The notes beneath the pieces were generated by a model. The model made no database searches and was not told the origin of the DNA. It saw nothing but the letters and a program-made list of their open reading frames with translations. A DNA stretch of 62,510 nt, the filler included, from Hausera hauseri (taxonomy: Eukaryota), in NCBI GenBank assembly GCA_046269625.1. It is 12 parts of 12 records of this genome, joined end to end, with 100 filler letters (N's around TTAATTAATTAA, not from the genome) between each part and the next. Parts side by side here need not be neighbours in the genome. Positions count along the whole stretch, not along the records: positions 1 to 4,016 come from JBJURY010818086.1; positions 4,117 to 9,719 come from JBJURY010223076.1; positions 9,820 to 16,144 come from JBJURY010113209.1; 9 more parts are not named here. One strand, written 5' to 3'. Numbering within the stretch: position 1 is the stretch's first letter; every line of letters starts with the position of its first letter. Positions 1-12,931 of the stretch are shown piece after piece. A program made the position numbers and the translations under genes.

Positions 1-2779
1 CATGTGCAATATCGATTTATCGATTAACCCCCCGCGGGGGGTCTGTGCCCGAATGCCCATTTTCTCCCTACTGGGGTCGGTTTTTCAAATTTTTTAAAAA
101 TTAGAGGGGCTGGCCCCAAACCCTCCTTTTATAACTACTTTCGAGTCACATCATTTGTATACGTCAAACATGGTCATATATCCTTTCTCAGTAAAACATT
201 TTTCTTATTCATCTCAAACCTCTGGGATGCATCGTACTAGTCATTTTTGAAATTTTCGCACGGAAGTTGACCAAAGCAAAATGTTAAGTTTTCCATACCT
301 CAATCCGTTCAGCGTGAAGGATGGAGTGATCCAGAATCGGTATTTCTATACGAGTCTTTAATTTACTAAAATTATTCTCAAAATTGAATATTGAACAACT
401 GGCAAACTTTTTATACTTTATGAAATAATTATTAAATAGTACATTTTCTACTNNNNNNNNNNAATTAAGACCAGTGGTGTGTAAATGTTTCACCATGCAG
501 GCCAAAGTACTCAACTAAATAGTACATTTTCTACTAGTTATACTTATAGTAACTTTCCTTGTAAATGAAATGTGTACATTTATTACTAGAATTATAATTT
601 TTTAAAAATTGTAGAATATCACAGTAACTTATCCCAAATTATAAAAATGGTTATGTATGTATAAATATTATTGTATGTACTTTTTTGTAACTTTAATTTG
701 TAACGTCTTACAATCAATTTGAATGAGAATAAAGTGTTACTCTTAAATGGAAATCATGAATTTTTAGAAATAATCTTCACTCATAATTTATTGAAAATGT
801 TTTATTATTTTATATAATAGTCAGAAAAAATAATACAATCTGAAATTTTTCCATTGAATGAATTTGAATTGAAAATTATTTTATCTGAAAATGTGAATGC
901 CGACAAAATTCAATGGCATACATGGAAAGCAAATTAGTCCGATTTTCAATAACAAATATAATGAAGTACACGCATTCCTAATCAGTTTATTCTTTTACCA
1001 AAAATGTTATCATAGAAAAACGGAGGTAAGAAATAAACGAGGTATAATAATTATCTACGCATAATGCTTCTTAATTCTTTCGATTTTGTTGGAATAAATT
1101 ATGCGTCATTATTTACTTCACTGTTACTGCTGAATCATTTTTCAATTCCCAATTTCTGATTTCCTATGAAAGGCAAATTTCAAGAGTTGGTGAAAGATGA
1201 ATTCACCGATTCCTCGTGAAGGCTTATTTTATCAACACAAACGAATTGCTAACGCAAACAAAATTATAGAAATCCGCCAACTTGGATTTTCCAAATTAAT
1301 CACTTCTCAATAATTAGACCAATGATTGGGTTGACACAATTATCGACAACTGTCAACCTAAATTTCCAGAAGTGAGTACAAAAAACAATCCCTCGACAAC
1401 CAAACGAGTAACAGTTAATAAATCATCAATAATGAATATAAAAATTAAACAATAGCCATGAGAAGTCCGAGCAAATCAGTTGTCTAAATTGACAACTGGA
1501 TTTCGATAAACGAAACCAAAATGATATATAAACCATTCGCACAATCAAACAAACAACAATAATTTTAAGACTTGCCGAAGTTCCTTTAAAAATCCTTTCT
1601 TGGTGATATAATTATCTACGTAGAAATCATAGTGGAAGATCATTATTATTACGATTACAAGGTTTGATAATATGTGATTTACAATTGACTTTTCATTTGT
1701 TGTTAAAATAAACGAATATTCCATTTTGAATTTTGGGTAACCAATGTCGCAAGAAACAAATAGGGATATATATTCTTGAGTTTCCAACCGAATAATTAAA
1801 CCGATTCTCGTGCACGATATATTATCTTACTCCTCTTGATTTCAATTACGAATTAAGAAAACATGGTTGAACAGAATGAAGAAATCCCCGAATTGCAAAA
1901 CGGAGAAAGCTTCGATAAATTATGTTTTGATTGAAATTATACCATTCTACCTTGTTTTATAAAATAGATTAAACCGTAACATTAATTAATGTAATTATTA
2001 ATTAGATAGCCGTTACCGACATTGTAGAATTTGTTTTAATAATAAATATTAGTAAAAGAATTAACAGTATTGAGTGGTCATGATGAATTGTCAACGGACT
2101 ACTGTAAACTTTTAGATAAATTACATTTCGGGGAGATGTGGTTCAATTGAATATTTGTCTTATGACTAAGTATTGCTAACAATCAACAGTCAATAACGTA
2201 ACATCAGTAGATATCAGTAACATCACCAGATATTGGAATGAGTCAGTCCTCTACGGCAGTTAAAACCTGTAAAGTCCTCGAGCAATGCCCTCGTAGATGA
2301 GATTACTACTAATGAGGTGCACCGTCAGGAGACATCAGCAAATTCGATATGAGGACACATGTGGATGATATACCGCGATCGAGATTACACTCAGCATGCA
2401 GATCAGTCACTTGTGGAGGTGCTCTGCGCGATAAAACAGAATGAATAATCCGGATTCCGTAAATTTCTCAGAATTATCGTAGCTAGTGCATTTGCTTTTC
2501 CTGATTGTAAAGTCCACACCTACTATTTCATCATTTATTGTAAATTAATTAGTTACACAAACCCAGTGTCATAGAGTAAAATTAAATGGAATTTCAGTTA
2601 GTAATGTCCGTTTTTATACAGTGCAAGTAGACAAGGGAAGGGACAATATATATACAGAGGCATCACGAAACTTCTAGGCGCAGGCTGATCTCNNNNNNNN
2701 NNATAATTACAACAATTTCTTTGGTTTCTGGAGTGATTTACAAAATGATTGTCTTTTTAACGCTGCTATATAAAAAATT

Positions 2780-3800
2780 TCAGTGTGGGTTTGAGTTTTT
2801 GGACGGTAACTTTTATTGGAATTCGGCAGGTAGGTATCAAAATTATTTTGATTGACGCTTACTTTCGCTTCGATCATGTTTTATAAGGAGATTCAAAATA
2901 TCCAAAATTAGGTTCATTTCGTTTTTTGTTTCGGTTAATTCGAATAATATTTTTTAGACAGAATAAGACTGGAGATTGCATAAATTTAAAACTAAATCCA
3001 ATATGAATAAATTGATCATGATCCAGAAAATTACAAGTCATAAAAGTTTTATTTAATTCTCACACCTATATCCTGCATATTGAAACAACTTAAAAAACTA
3101 TTTAGAACTTTTATACATCAAAAAAAAGTTTTTGTTGGTCAATTTAGGCACCACAGACAAAATCACGGAAATTACTATCCGTGCATATAATGCGAATGTC
3201 CAAAGGTGTTTTTTGATACTGAAAATTCAAAAACTTCTTATGTACGTACACTTGGTTCTGTCAGAGAAATTTCTAAGGCATTTAAAAACCAAAAGCAATC
3301 TTAACCTACAAGGAAAGTACTGACAGAAGACTTTAAAAATGGTGTAGAGGAGCCTCTTATTGAAGGTTCTAATAGTGATATACGTTTGAAGGTTTTACCT
3401 CCAGGTGAATTGAAGACAAAAATGCACTCCAGAGAATTTACGAGAAATATGCGTAAGCAGCTATTATCAAATACCAAAAAACTATTGGATCTTAAAATCA
3501 AGGCTAATAAATGCGAGCGTAATCTTGTGAATTTTGTAAAAGCATTCAGAACTTTCAGTATTGTGAAACCAGTTTGTTTTGCTAAGCAACTTTCCTACGG
3601 TTTAGAGCAGGCAAGCAGCAATTTCAAAGTAGCTTATATGAAGCTAGAAATATCTGTTAACACAGCGGTCTACGTTGTTTTCAATCATTGTATTGAGTTT
3701 TCTAGATTAAAAACCGTCATTGTCAAAATTTAGTGAACGGTCAGCAAAATCTTTTCACGCGAGTTTTGTCCAATCTTGGACGAATTCCGGTAAGGTGCCT
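2780..3800 (+). pseudogene. Degenerate DDE transposase relic, Chapaev/Transib (RAG1-like) type
   Basis: Frameshifted pieces YPCI*CEC, VRTLGSVRE, EPLI..VLPPGEL, VKAFRTF..VCFAKQL..FKVAYMKLEISV..VVFNHCIEF and SERSAKSFH follow the motif order recalled for these transposases (PPELH; SEQxxESxH). Confidence 0.45.
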
Positions 3801-5125
3801 GAAAATCATAAATTGTTTGGTACACATATTTTGGATTCATTTATTCTTTATATTGGACGCCATTTGTAAATTTGTTGACATTAAAATGTCTCTGTAATTA
3901 GAAAACAAATTTTATACCTATATGTTTGATCATTTGTATATTTTTGTTATATACTGGGGTGGTCCTTACACAACTCGCACTGTATAACAATAGTCTCACT
4001 TGAAATTTAATTACTANNNNNNNNNNNNNNNNNNNNNNNNNNNNNNNNNNNNNNNNNNNNTTAATTAATTAANNNNNNNNNNNNNNNNNNNNNNNNNNNN
4101 NNNNNNNNNNNNNNNNTTTAGCTTTTCGAAGAATATATGAATGGTATCTCAATCTTATTCGTTGGAAAACAGTTAGAAGGAAGAGCGATATTCAATTTGA
4201 TGTTCAAAATTCTCGATTTTACTGAAAACTTGTGTTTTTCTTAATTTTCCGTATTTACAGACGCTTTTGTATATATCATATTGTAACATTTTCAAATGTA
4301 AAAAATACTTTGTTTTGTTTAAATAATACAATTTTAGTGCCTTTATTTCAGTTTAAATCATTCGGCCATTTTATCTGAATAATTGTGTTTTAATTTCAAT
4401 TTACAATTTGTTGTTATTCGTTTAGAAATCAGTGCTAATATTCAATCTGTACACGCCATATTTTCGAAAGAATTTGTTATTCAATTACAATTTAACATTT
4501 CCAGTTTCAATTTAGATTTCATTTTTCAAGTACATAGTAGTGGATTTATAAGTTGTTAATAAAATTAATCAATTTATTGCACATCGCCTTTCACGACAAT
4601 AGAAAATTCGATAACCGAATACAAAATAAAGAAAAAATTTCTGTCTGCGACAAAGAAACTAACAAAAAGACTCCTGGATCTCGCTTCTACAAACAACATA
4701 ATTGTTGTCAGAACGAACATAAAGAAATCGAAATCCCGAAATTTGTCAGTTTCCAAACAACATTCACACTGAATAAATTCAAATCTCTCGCTAATGATTC
4801 CGTTCCATTAACGGAGAAAATCGTCATTTACGACGTTTAAATGGAACCTACCCCGGCCGATCAAGTGAAATTACCGGACGTCAAATTCGGTGTCCAATGT
4901 AATAGACATTTTATCAATGAAGATAATTTACGATTGCACCAATTCCATAATCATGCAATCCGGAAAATAAAACATTCAGCAATCCTCCGGTGACCAGACG
5001 TAACTATTCTGGATATTCGCCGGCAGTCTACCGAGTTGGACCGCGTAGAGCGGAGCACGGTAATGCTGCTATTTTTCTATAATCCAACAAACGAATATAA
5101 TTTCATTTATTTCATACATTTTATC

Positions 5126-6180
5126 ATGAACCCTATTGAAATTTTATACTTATGTTTTCTCGTCTGTATACACGCGATAAAAGGAATCGAATTTAGATTA
5201 AGTTATTCCAAACTTTTTTTACTTAAAAGTGCTTTTACACGCACGAAATATACGATACGAGGCTCATCTTTCATTGCTCATAAACGGTCTCCAAGCATCA
5301 CCGAGGTGGCAACATTCTCACCTTTGTTTTCGCATGTAAAATGTTCTTATAACGGCGCTACTACTCCTGTATGGCAATTGTTTAATCGTGCAACAGCTAC
5401 AAGTTACACCAAAAACATAGATACCGGTCGTATTGTACATTTCGACGTCACTGTTGACGTTATTAACCATCGATCGGTTGAACCCCGACCACAGAAGTTA
5501 TATTTACATGAAACTCCAAAAACTCTTATTGTCAGGCCTTCCGATAAATTTAGTAACACGTTCTCCACGTTTGACGATTCACCATTTGAATGGTCAATAC
5601 ATGCGTCGGGTTTAAATAGCGATGCACAAGGTGTTCTAAGACTTATAACACGGACTGAATTAGAATATTCAACAATAATGTCGATTGGAAATTTGAACCA
5701 GCAAGGCCTCCAAGATTACATGCAGTTAGCCCGTGGTTTGAAATTAGGGTCCACTAGTATTTCTTTAATATTTCGTGACAAAAAAGTAAAAAGTATTGTG
5801 CATAGTCAAGATGTTAAGTTTTTAGTCATGGCTGTTTTATCGCCACAATGCATATAACTGATCCCTATCATTCACATATCCTATAAAATGTACATCCATA
5901 GTCAAGGATCATCTATAGAAGTAAACCTTCCGAGCAATAAATACATCTTCCAAGCCAACAACAGTGACACCACAGTCCTTGATACTCAGCGCTCAACTGA
6001 TACAGCAAAAAAATACGCCCACATCGTAACTATACTTCTTGACAAAATATCACAGATGAAGTCCGACATCCGTCGCCAGTTTTACCCGTCGTTAAACTGG
6101 GATTCCTGTCACTTCATATTTTAATTGGAGAGACCGTTTGGGTCTTACAAGCGGTCAAAGCACATATTTGTACCGTAACT
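5126..6180 (+). pseudogene. NUP210: Nuclear pore membrane glycoprotein 210 (gp210), degraded N-terminal fragment
   Basis: Signal peptide MNPIEILYLCFLVCIHA. DTGRIVHFDVTVDVI..KLYLHETP..NTFSTFDDSPFEWSI parallels gp210 TTGQVLRCDAIVDLI..ELYLEDSP..NTFSTLAGLVFEWTI. Continues in 5888-6124 and as WVLQA near 6140. Has stops/frameshifts and ends at an LTR-type block. Confidence 0.8.
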
Positions 6181-9100
6181 GTGAAACCGTGTGATTCTAA
6201 GTCGTCAGATATACATGCCCGGTAATAAGCGTCCCGAACCTACCATTTTTGCGGGGAGCTCGGTTACCCCAAAGTTCGGGATTCGCTGCGGCGGGGTTGA
6301 AGTCCCGGCCGCTCACCCCACGCCATTGGGTCGGACGACACCGTTCGCTGACTCCACATGACACGCCCCTGGCTATACATCCACACCATTTTCCTCTTCT
6401 TTTTTTAAATAACGCACATATTTGCGAAATCGCATCAACACACGCAAACACTACAGACTTCTACAATGCCATCTACACTTTTCTTCACTTATCTGACTTT
6501 TATACCACACACAATGACTCCACAGTACTTATCTACGGAATCCTACAATTTTCTTCAACTTATATCCAACTCCATATACACTTCCGTATGCGTGGTGGCA
6601 TGAATTTATCGCCAACCATAGACACCACGGATAAAACCATCATGAAACCAAAATCTGTCATATTGCTTCAAAACCCACTCTTACATCCGCTAATAACCCT
6701 TCACCTACTACTTCTTCCACCCCTTTCTCTCACTGCACTGAATTCTTTATTGACAACCAAGGATCCAGCAAAACTTGGTTGCAATTCCATCAACTGTGGC
6801 TACAAGCCCATAACGTTACCGATTCTTTAACTAAAACACACATCCTCCTCTTCTTACTCCCTAACAATATCAAAACACGAATTCGCAACATCCTTGAAAT
6901 CTTTGATTTTCCTGACCCATATTCACAGCTCCTCAACGCTGTTCTTAAAATCACAGAACCCTCAATGGTCACGATCATACAACGCTTCTTCCACGCCAAA
7001 GCTATAGGCACACAACGACCACCAGAATTTTTACGCACCTCTTTAGCACATCTACAAACCCTCGGCGTCACTAAAGAACACAATTCAGAATACTGCGCCA
7101 CTACTTCCTCAACGCGTTACCCATCCAAATTCGGGCTCTACTTACCGTGGTGGAGGACTCCACAGTTCTTGAGAAATTTGCCGAATTAGCCGATAAAACA
7201 CACGACGTTCTACACTTAAATTCCCCACTAATCGTTTCGGCGGCAGTTGCCGCTACCGGTATCCAAAACAATAACACATTAATAGAGCAACAATTAAATA
7301 AGTTACGTGCCGAAAATACAGCACCTCAAGCAGCAGTTAACAATATAAACAACAAATTAAATGAACTTACCCTATCCCGGCGAAGAAATTTTGTTGCTGA
7401 CCGCGCCCATTCTGCATCTAAAAACCGGTCACCATCGCCTGTGAGGTCGTCTATCTGCTACTATCACAGCAGATTCAATAATAGTTCTAAAAATGCTGCC
7501 TATGGTGCAAATTTTGTAATAAAAGTTTTTCTCAGACACCGTTGTTTGCGTGTACTACGCAAAGTTTAAAAATCAAGCCTGTAAATGCATTCCAAGCTGC
7601 AATTTTAAAACAGATACGAACGACGGACGTGCTACCTTTTCTTCTAATAGTCGTCCTAGTTTACCCTTTCAAAAAAACTAAGTTTGCCGCCAGAAGTCAC
7701 GGCAAACTCTGGCAAAGGCACTATTACATCTTCTGAATGCCAACACGCCTCTTTTGCTGTCTTTACTCTAAAGTCTGCAATCACCGCTCCTACAACGCAA
7801 TCCGTTGATTTCTTCATCGATACAGGTGCAATGATTTCTTTATGATCACAAACCTTCCCTGTACAAAATTCACCATTCAGAATTAAGCCCTTGTACAACG
7901 CTTCAGGTCAACCGCTGCACATTTCTAGCATGGATAAATTATCTTTTATTTTACCACAATTTCCTTTACCTTTCCAATGGACGTTCACAGTTGCTAATGT
8001 CCAGACGGCAATTCTAGGGTCAGATTTCCTATTGCATTATAATTTATTGGTTGACTGCAGTCAACGATGTTTGAGTAGTAGCATCACTGGCAGCATTACG
8101 GAGCATATAAATAGCATTTCGACTACTTCGCAGTCGATCGAGACGCGGAGATCAATTTTGAGAAAACCAAAACTATTTTGTATTTTCGTAATATTTCACT
8201 CCGTAAATTTTTCAATAATAATATTTAAATCCAATTGAGGTTCGATATCGCCAATTGCGGTACTGTCACCAACGTAAATTCACTTGATGAAATCACTTCA
8301 TCCAACACCATTTTCGATTCGACCATCTTACACCAAATACCACTTGACTGCACATCACCAAACAACGCACACATTGCATCCGCTACTACTCAAGCCGTTT
8401 CGCCATCATCACCTAATCTGTCACAACTGCCTACAACTTTACAGCAATTCGTCAACACTTCGTGTCCACGAATACTCAAACAAGATCGTACGTTTACTCC
8501 CAATAAACAGCACTGTACATCACATAATTACACAACACCAACGACCAATACGCCAAAAGGTACGACCACTGTCACCTCCGCGTAGACAGGCCGTAGAAAC
8601 CGAATTTCTTTAGCAAGGACACTCCGGAATTTTACGCCGTTCCAAATCTCCCTGGTCGTCACCTTTACATGTTGTACAAAAAAGGACGGAATTTTTAGAC
8701 CATGCGATGACTTACAACTTAACTATTATGGATGCGTATCCCTTAGCACTCATCAAGTATATCTTGTATCGACTTAATTCAACCGCAATTTATTCGACCA
8801 TCGATTTGGCCAAAGCATACCACCAAATACCGGTGACACCAAAGACATAGAAAAGACTGCTATCGCTACTCCTTTTGGTCTCTACGAGTACCTGTTTAGG
8901 CCATCCGGGTTGCGAAATGCCGCGCAGACCTTTCATCGACACATCGATTCAATTCTCTAAGATCTTCCGTTTGCGCACCCTTACATTAGTGGTATTCTAA
9001 TCGTTTCGTCTTCAGTCAAACAACACGAGGAACACCTCCGCTCAATATTCCAACGCCTTAACCACCATAACCGCCAAGTCAATTTCGACAAATTCCATTT

Positions 9101-9719
9101 CTTCAAAAAACGCATCAATTTTTGAGCCACTTTATGTCACCAGACAGCCACTCTCCTCAACCAGACCGAGTTGAAGCCCTCAAAAATATCCAGTTACCAT
9201 GTACGACCACCGAAATGCGCATCTTCCTTGGTACACTACACTTTGTACATAAATATGTACTATATTGCTCCGAATTGACAGCACCATTTGCACACTTAAG
9301 CGGCGGCAAAATCATCAGCCAATCCAGTGGGCACCTGAATTGGTTGACAAGTTTAATAAGCAACGCGAAGGAATTAAGACCGTCGATATTCTCGATTTCT
9401 CCCAGCCTGACGCGGAACTCATCCTTACGACAGACGCTTCAACCACTGCAGTAGGTGCTATACTCCACCAAATCCACAAAGGAGAAAATCAACCGCTAGA
9501 ATTTTTCTCTCGTAAAGTAACATCTCCTGAAACTTGATATTCCACGTTCGATTGAGAATTATTGGCAATCGTTCTCGCTTTAAAGCATTTCTCACACCTA
9601 CTTGTCGCTCGCCATATTACCATGCAGACCGATTACAAGCACTTACTTCACATCATGGCTATGAAACACCCTTCTACACGGCAAGAACGACAGATATCAT
9701 ACTTGTCGACATTTAACTT
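6180..9719 (+). mobile_element. Ty3/Gypsy LTR retrotransposon family 1, degenerate (LTR 3' end, gag, protease, RT, RNase H)
   Basis: GC-rich block ends CCACA (6358) followed by PBS-like TGACACGCCCCTGG; gag PKTWLQFH..DPYSQL, CYYHSRF; protease FIDTGA; RT SPWSSPLH, IDLAKAYHQIP; RNase H TDAST..VGAIL, PLEFFSRK. Confidence 0.9.
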
Positions 9720-10047
9720 NNNNNNNNNNNNNNNNNNNNNNNNNNNNNNNNNNNNNNNNNNNNTTAATTAATTAANNNNNNNNNNNNNNNNNNNNNNNNN
9801 NNNNNNNNNNNNNNNNNNNGGGCAATCAACTATAAAAAGAGAAGTACCAAAAATCGTAACTAAGAAATATTCAGATACTTCTGCCTATTGGTTATGATAG
9901 GGATACCAGGCCTATTAGCTCAGACGATGAAACCACTCGACCCATAGATGAGAACATTCCTTCCAAACAAAACCTTAGAAAGTAGACTGACGAAAAGTAT
10001 TTATCATGAGATAACTTACACAAAAAGGCCAAAAATGCATAAAATTT

Positions 10048-11232
10048 ATGACATTTGAAAGGTTACCCAACCAGTACATGATAGAAATCCAAGTAATCCA
10101 CAAGCACGATCATGAACAAAGTTCGAAACAACGAAAGTATGATTGCGAACTTACTTATTGGAGGAACACGACAGAATGTATAGTAGACGACTCTGGCTAT
10201 TATCTCATATATTATACTGTGATCAAGAGACATAAGAATACCTATCAATGGCAATATACCAAATGTCGAGGTATTATTCAGGTTCCTAATAAACGAATAA
10301 TGAATTCAATCAAATTGGATGAGATAATAATAACTCAACTTACCGTTAAGTCAATAGAATTTAAAAGCGGACGAAGTTGTATTGAAATTAAAACCATGAT
10401 AGAACTGGAAGAAAAGAGAGCAATAAGTATAATACTCACGGATGTAGAAAAGAAACAAAAGATACCAACAAAATTCCGGTTGACGGACAGACATCTTCAA
10501 ATTTGCTGTGAAGCCGTACAACGAAGAACCAATGACTTACAATTTATATTAACACGAAAGGATCCGGAGAACGTCAAATCATTAATTCACCAGGGGCCAA
10601 GAATATATGTTCAACTCAAAAATGTTGTTAAATACTACGACCACCAGCAACCAATTGTCACGACACCGTTTGTAAATCCTCCACGATCTAATAAATTACA
10701 GATTAGTATTGGAGAAATGACTGTTCTCATTTGACCTCACGTTTTACCCTATCGTCAGAAGCGTTCTGTTTTAGAAAATATCACAGTATCTTCCACATTC
10801 ACTTCCTTAGTTATAGCTATCCAACCTGATTTAAATTTTTATAAAATTAAACTCGCCTGTAAGCTATGTCAAAAGATAATAGCAAAAGGCATAATCACGC
10901 CAGACGATACAATAGTGCCGTGTGCCGACCTAAGACCAAATACAAAATATACAGTTACATTGAAATTATATGGCGATGATAATACGATGATTGCAACTAA
11001 ATCGCTAACAGCTTCGACGAGAGCCCAAATACAGCAAAAACCAGAAAATAAAAAAATAAGTACAAGTCCCTTTAATTCTTCAGGTTTTATTCTGACGAGG
11101 GAAATAAATAAGTTCCAAATAAATTCCAACAAGTTGCAACTTTTAAAGTTTATTTTTTTTAAACGTTTTAACATCAATATTTCATTTATCAATATTTACA
11201 ATTATTTACATATATCAGTAAAAATATATTAG
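10048..11232 (+). CDS. Unknown protein(s); the C-terminal part resembles a fibronectin type III repeat
   Basis: 228-aa ORF (10048-10734) followed by CADLRPNTKYTVTLKLY, an FN3-like LxPxTxYxVxL motif. Confidence 0.3.
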
Positions 11233-12598
11233 TCGCTCGGAAATAATATTTTTTGGTTTTGATCTTTTGAACGGCATACTCGTCTAGCTTGTACACAAAC
11301 ATCTGCCATACATAAATTGATAGACCCATTTCTCAGTTTCGGATGTCTGGATTTTATGAATTCTTTAATAGCCGATATAATTTTTGGATTGAATTTCTGT
11401 TTGTAATAGCCTTCTCCACTTAAAGAACTGGCGGCTAAAATTTTCTGAGAAAAGAAATTCTTCATCAGCAGTCGAATGAATCTGGTGGCACTGTTTAAAG
11501 CTTTGAGCAACATTATTTGATAAAGGTCTTTTCCGATAAAATAATTCCGTAGTATGAGAAATGAGTAGAAAATTTCCGTCGGAAAAACTAGACGCGCCCA
11601 CCATCGCAGCACCACATTACCGTACCAAAAATCGGTTATTGATTTTTGACAAATTTGGTAAACTGAGAAATTCTCGACATTTGGCTTTGAATGCAATTGC
11701 TGAAATACTTTTGTTTTCCAATGAATCCAACTTTTTCACCAAATACGTTGTTACGATTCTTTGTTCACTCGTTGGATCTCGATGTAAAGTTCGACTTACA
11801 ACTTTGATAGCGTATTTTTCACAAAATCGCTTCAGTTTTCTTATGCTTGTTTTTGTATCAACTGGAAATCTCGGCGTTTGTTCTAGCTCCTTACAAATTA
11901 AGCACGTTGGCATGACGTATGGTAAAATTTCAAATTTACAGCATCTCCGTAGAACTTGTCATTTCAAATCTACCTGTTATTAGATTCAAAAACAACGATG
12001 AGTTGTAATAGGAATTGCTGTCCAATGATGCAATTACTTTAATTTTTGTGAAATATTCTAATACAGATTTTGTCAGTGATTCAGTTTGAAATTTGACGTA
12101 AAATTTTTTCTTTATACGTTTTCTAATTTTCTTAAAAATACCATGGCTTTGTGTTGACCTTTTGTCTTCTCTTTTGAATTCTTTTGATATTAGTTGTTTT
12201 CTAACTAACTGGAGTATTGATTTCACGTTGTTTTGCGTTAAGTAATAACTATAAAAAAATTGTTTGTACCTTTTAATCCATTTTAAGATGCGATTTTTAT
12301 CACTTCTTTTAATAATTGCCAGCCACATTAAATGTGTACCCGTGTTTTGAAAAGGTCCGGGAATTTCTGGTATACCATTAGACAGATTGTCCATTTTTCC
12401 AATTAACGGTATTTTATGCAAATTTTCGTTTCTCCGAATGAAATTTAACTTCCGTGGATCGCCACAAACGAGTTCCAGAGGTGTACGTTCATCAAGAGAC
12501 ATTTTAAGTAACGGTCGATAATCTGACACCATTATTACTTTAATATAGAACGGCAAAATTCCAAATAAATAAAATTCCAAATGTAGAAAATAAAGCAA
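11229..12598 (-). CDS. BEN-domain protein; upstream ORFs 11617-11913 and 11936-12598 are probably exons or neighbouring genes
   Basis: ATRFIRLLMKNFFSQKILAASSLSG..FNPKIISAIKEFI..INLCMADVCVQARR is a typical C-terminal BEN domain pattern; exon structure not resolved. Confidence 0.65.
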
Positions 12599-12931
12599 TA
12601 ACTAATAAAGTTTTATTCAGTCAACAAAATTTCAAAAAAAATTCAATAAATTTTTTATCAATTATCATATTCATAGAAATAGTCTAAAATGGAAATTAGC
12701 AGTAAATTGAGTAGAAGGAAATTGATAAAAATGACTTCATTAAACCATATAAATTTGTATGATGTATTCATCCCTCATTTCTGATGGCATTCCTCCGTTC
12801 GAAGTAACTTTTACCACTGACATAAATTTTATTTAAATACATCTAGCACACAACCGATAAAAGTTGATGCACTCAAATGTTATACAGAAATAAAAGAATC
12901 CAGTTGATCGCTTTTGTTTAAACAAAATTAA

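Noticed and set aside
24-42. TTAA followed by the perfect palindrome ACCCCCCGCGGGGGGT (piggyBac-like end?)
   Set aside because: No matching opposite end or transposase nearby; cannot be supported
434-535. Direct repeat AAATAGTACATTTTCTACT either side of the 10-N gap
   Set aside because: Most likely a scaffolding overlap artefact
4553-5030. Short ORFs upstream of the NUP210 fragment
   Set aside because: No recognisable motifs; too short to call
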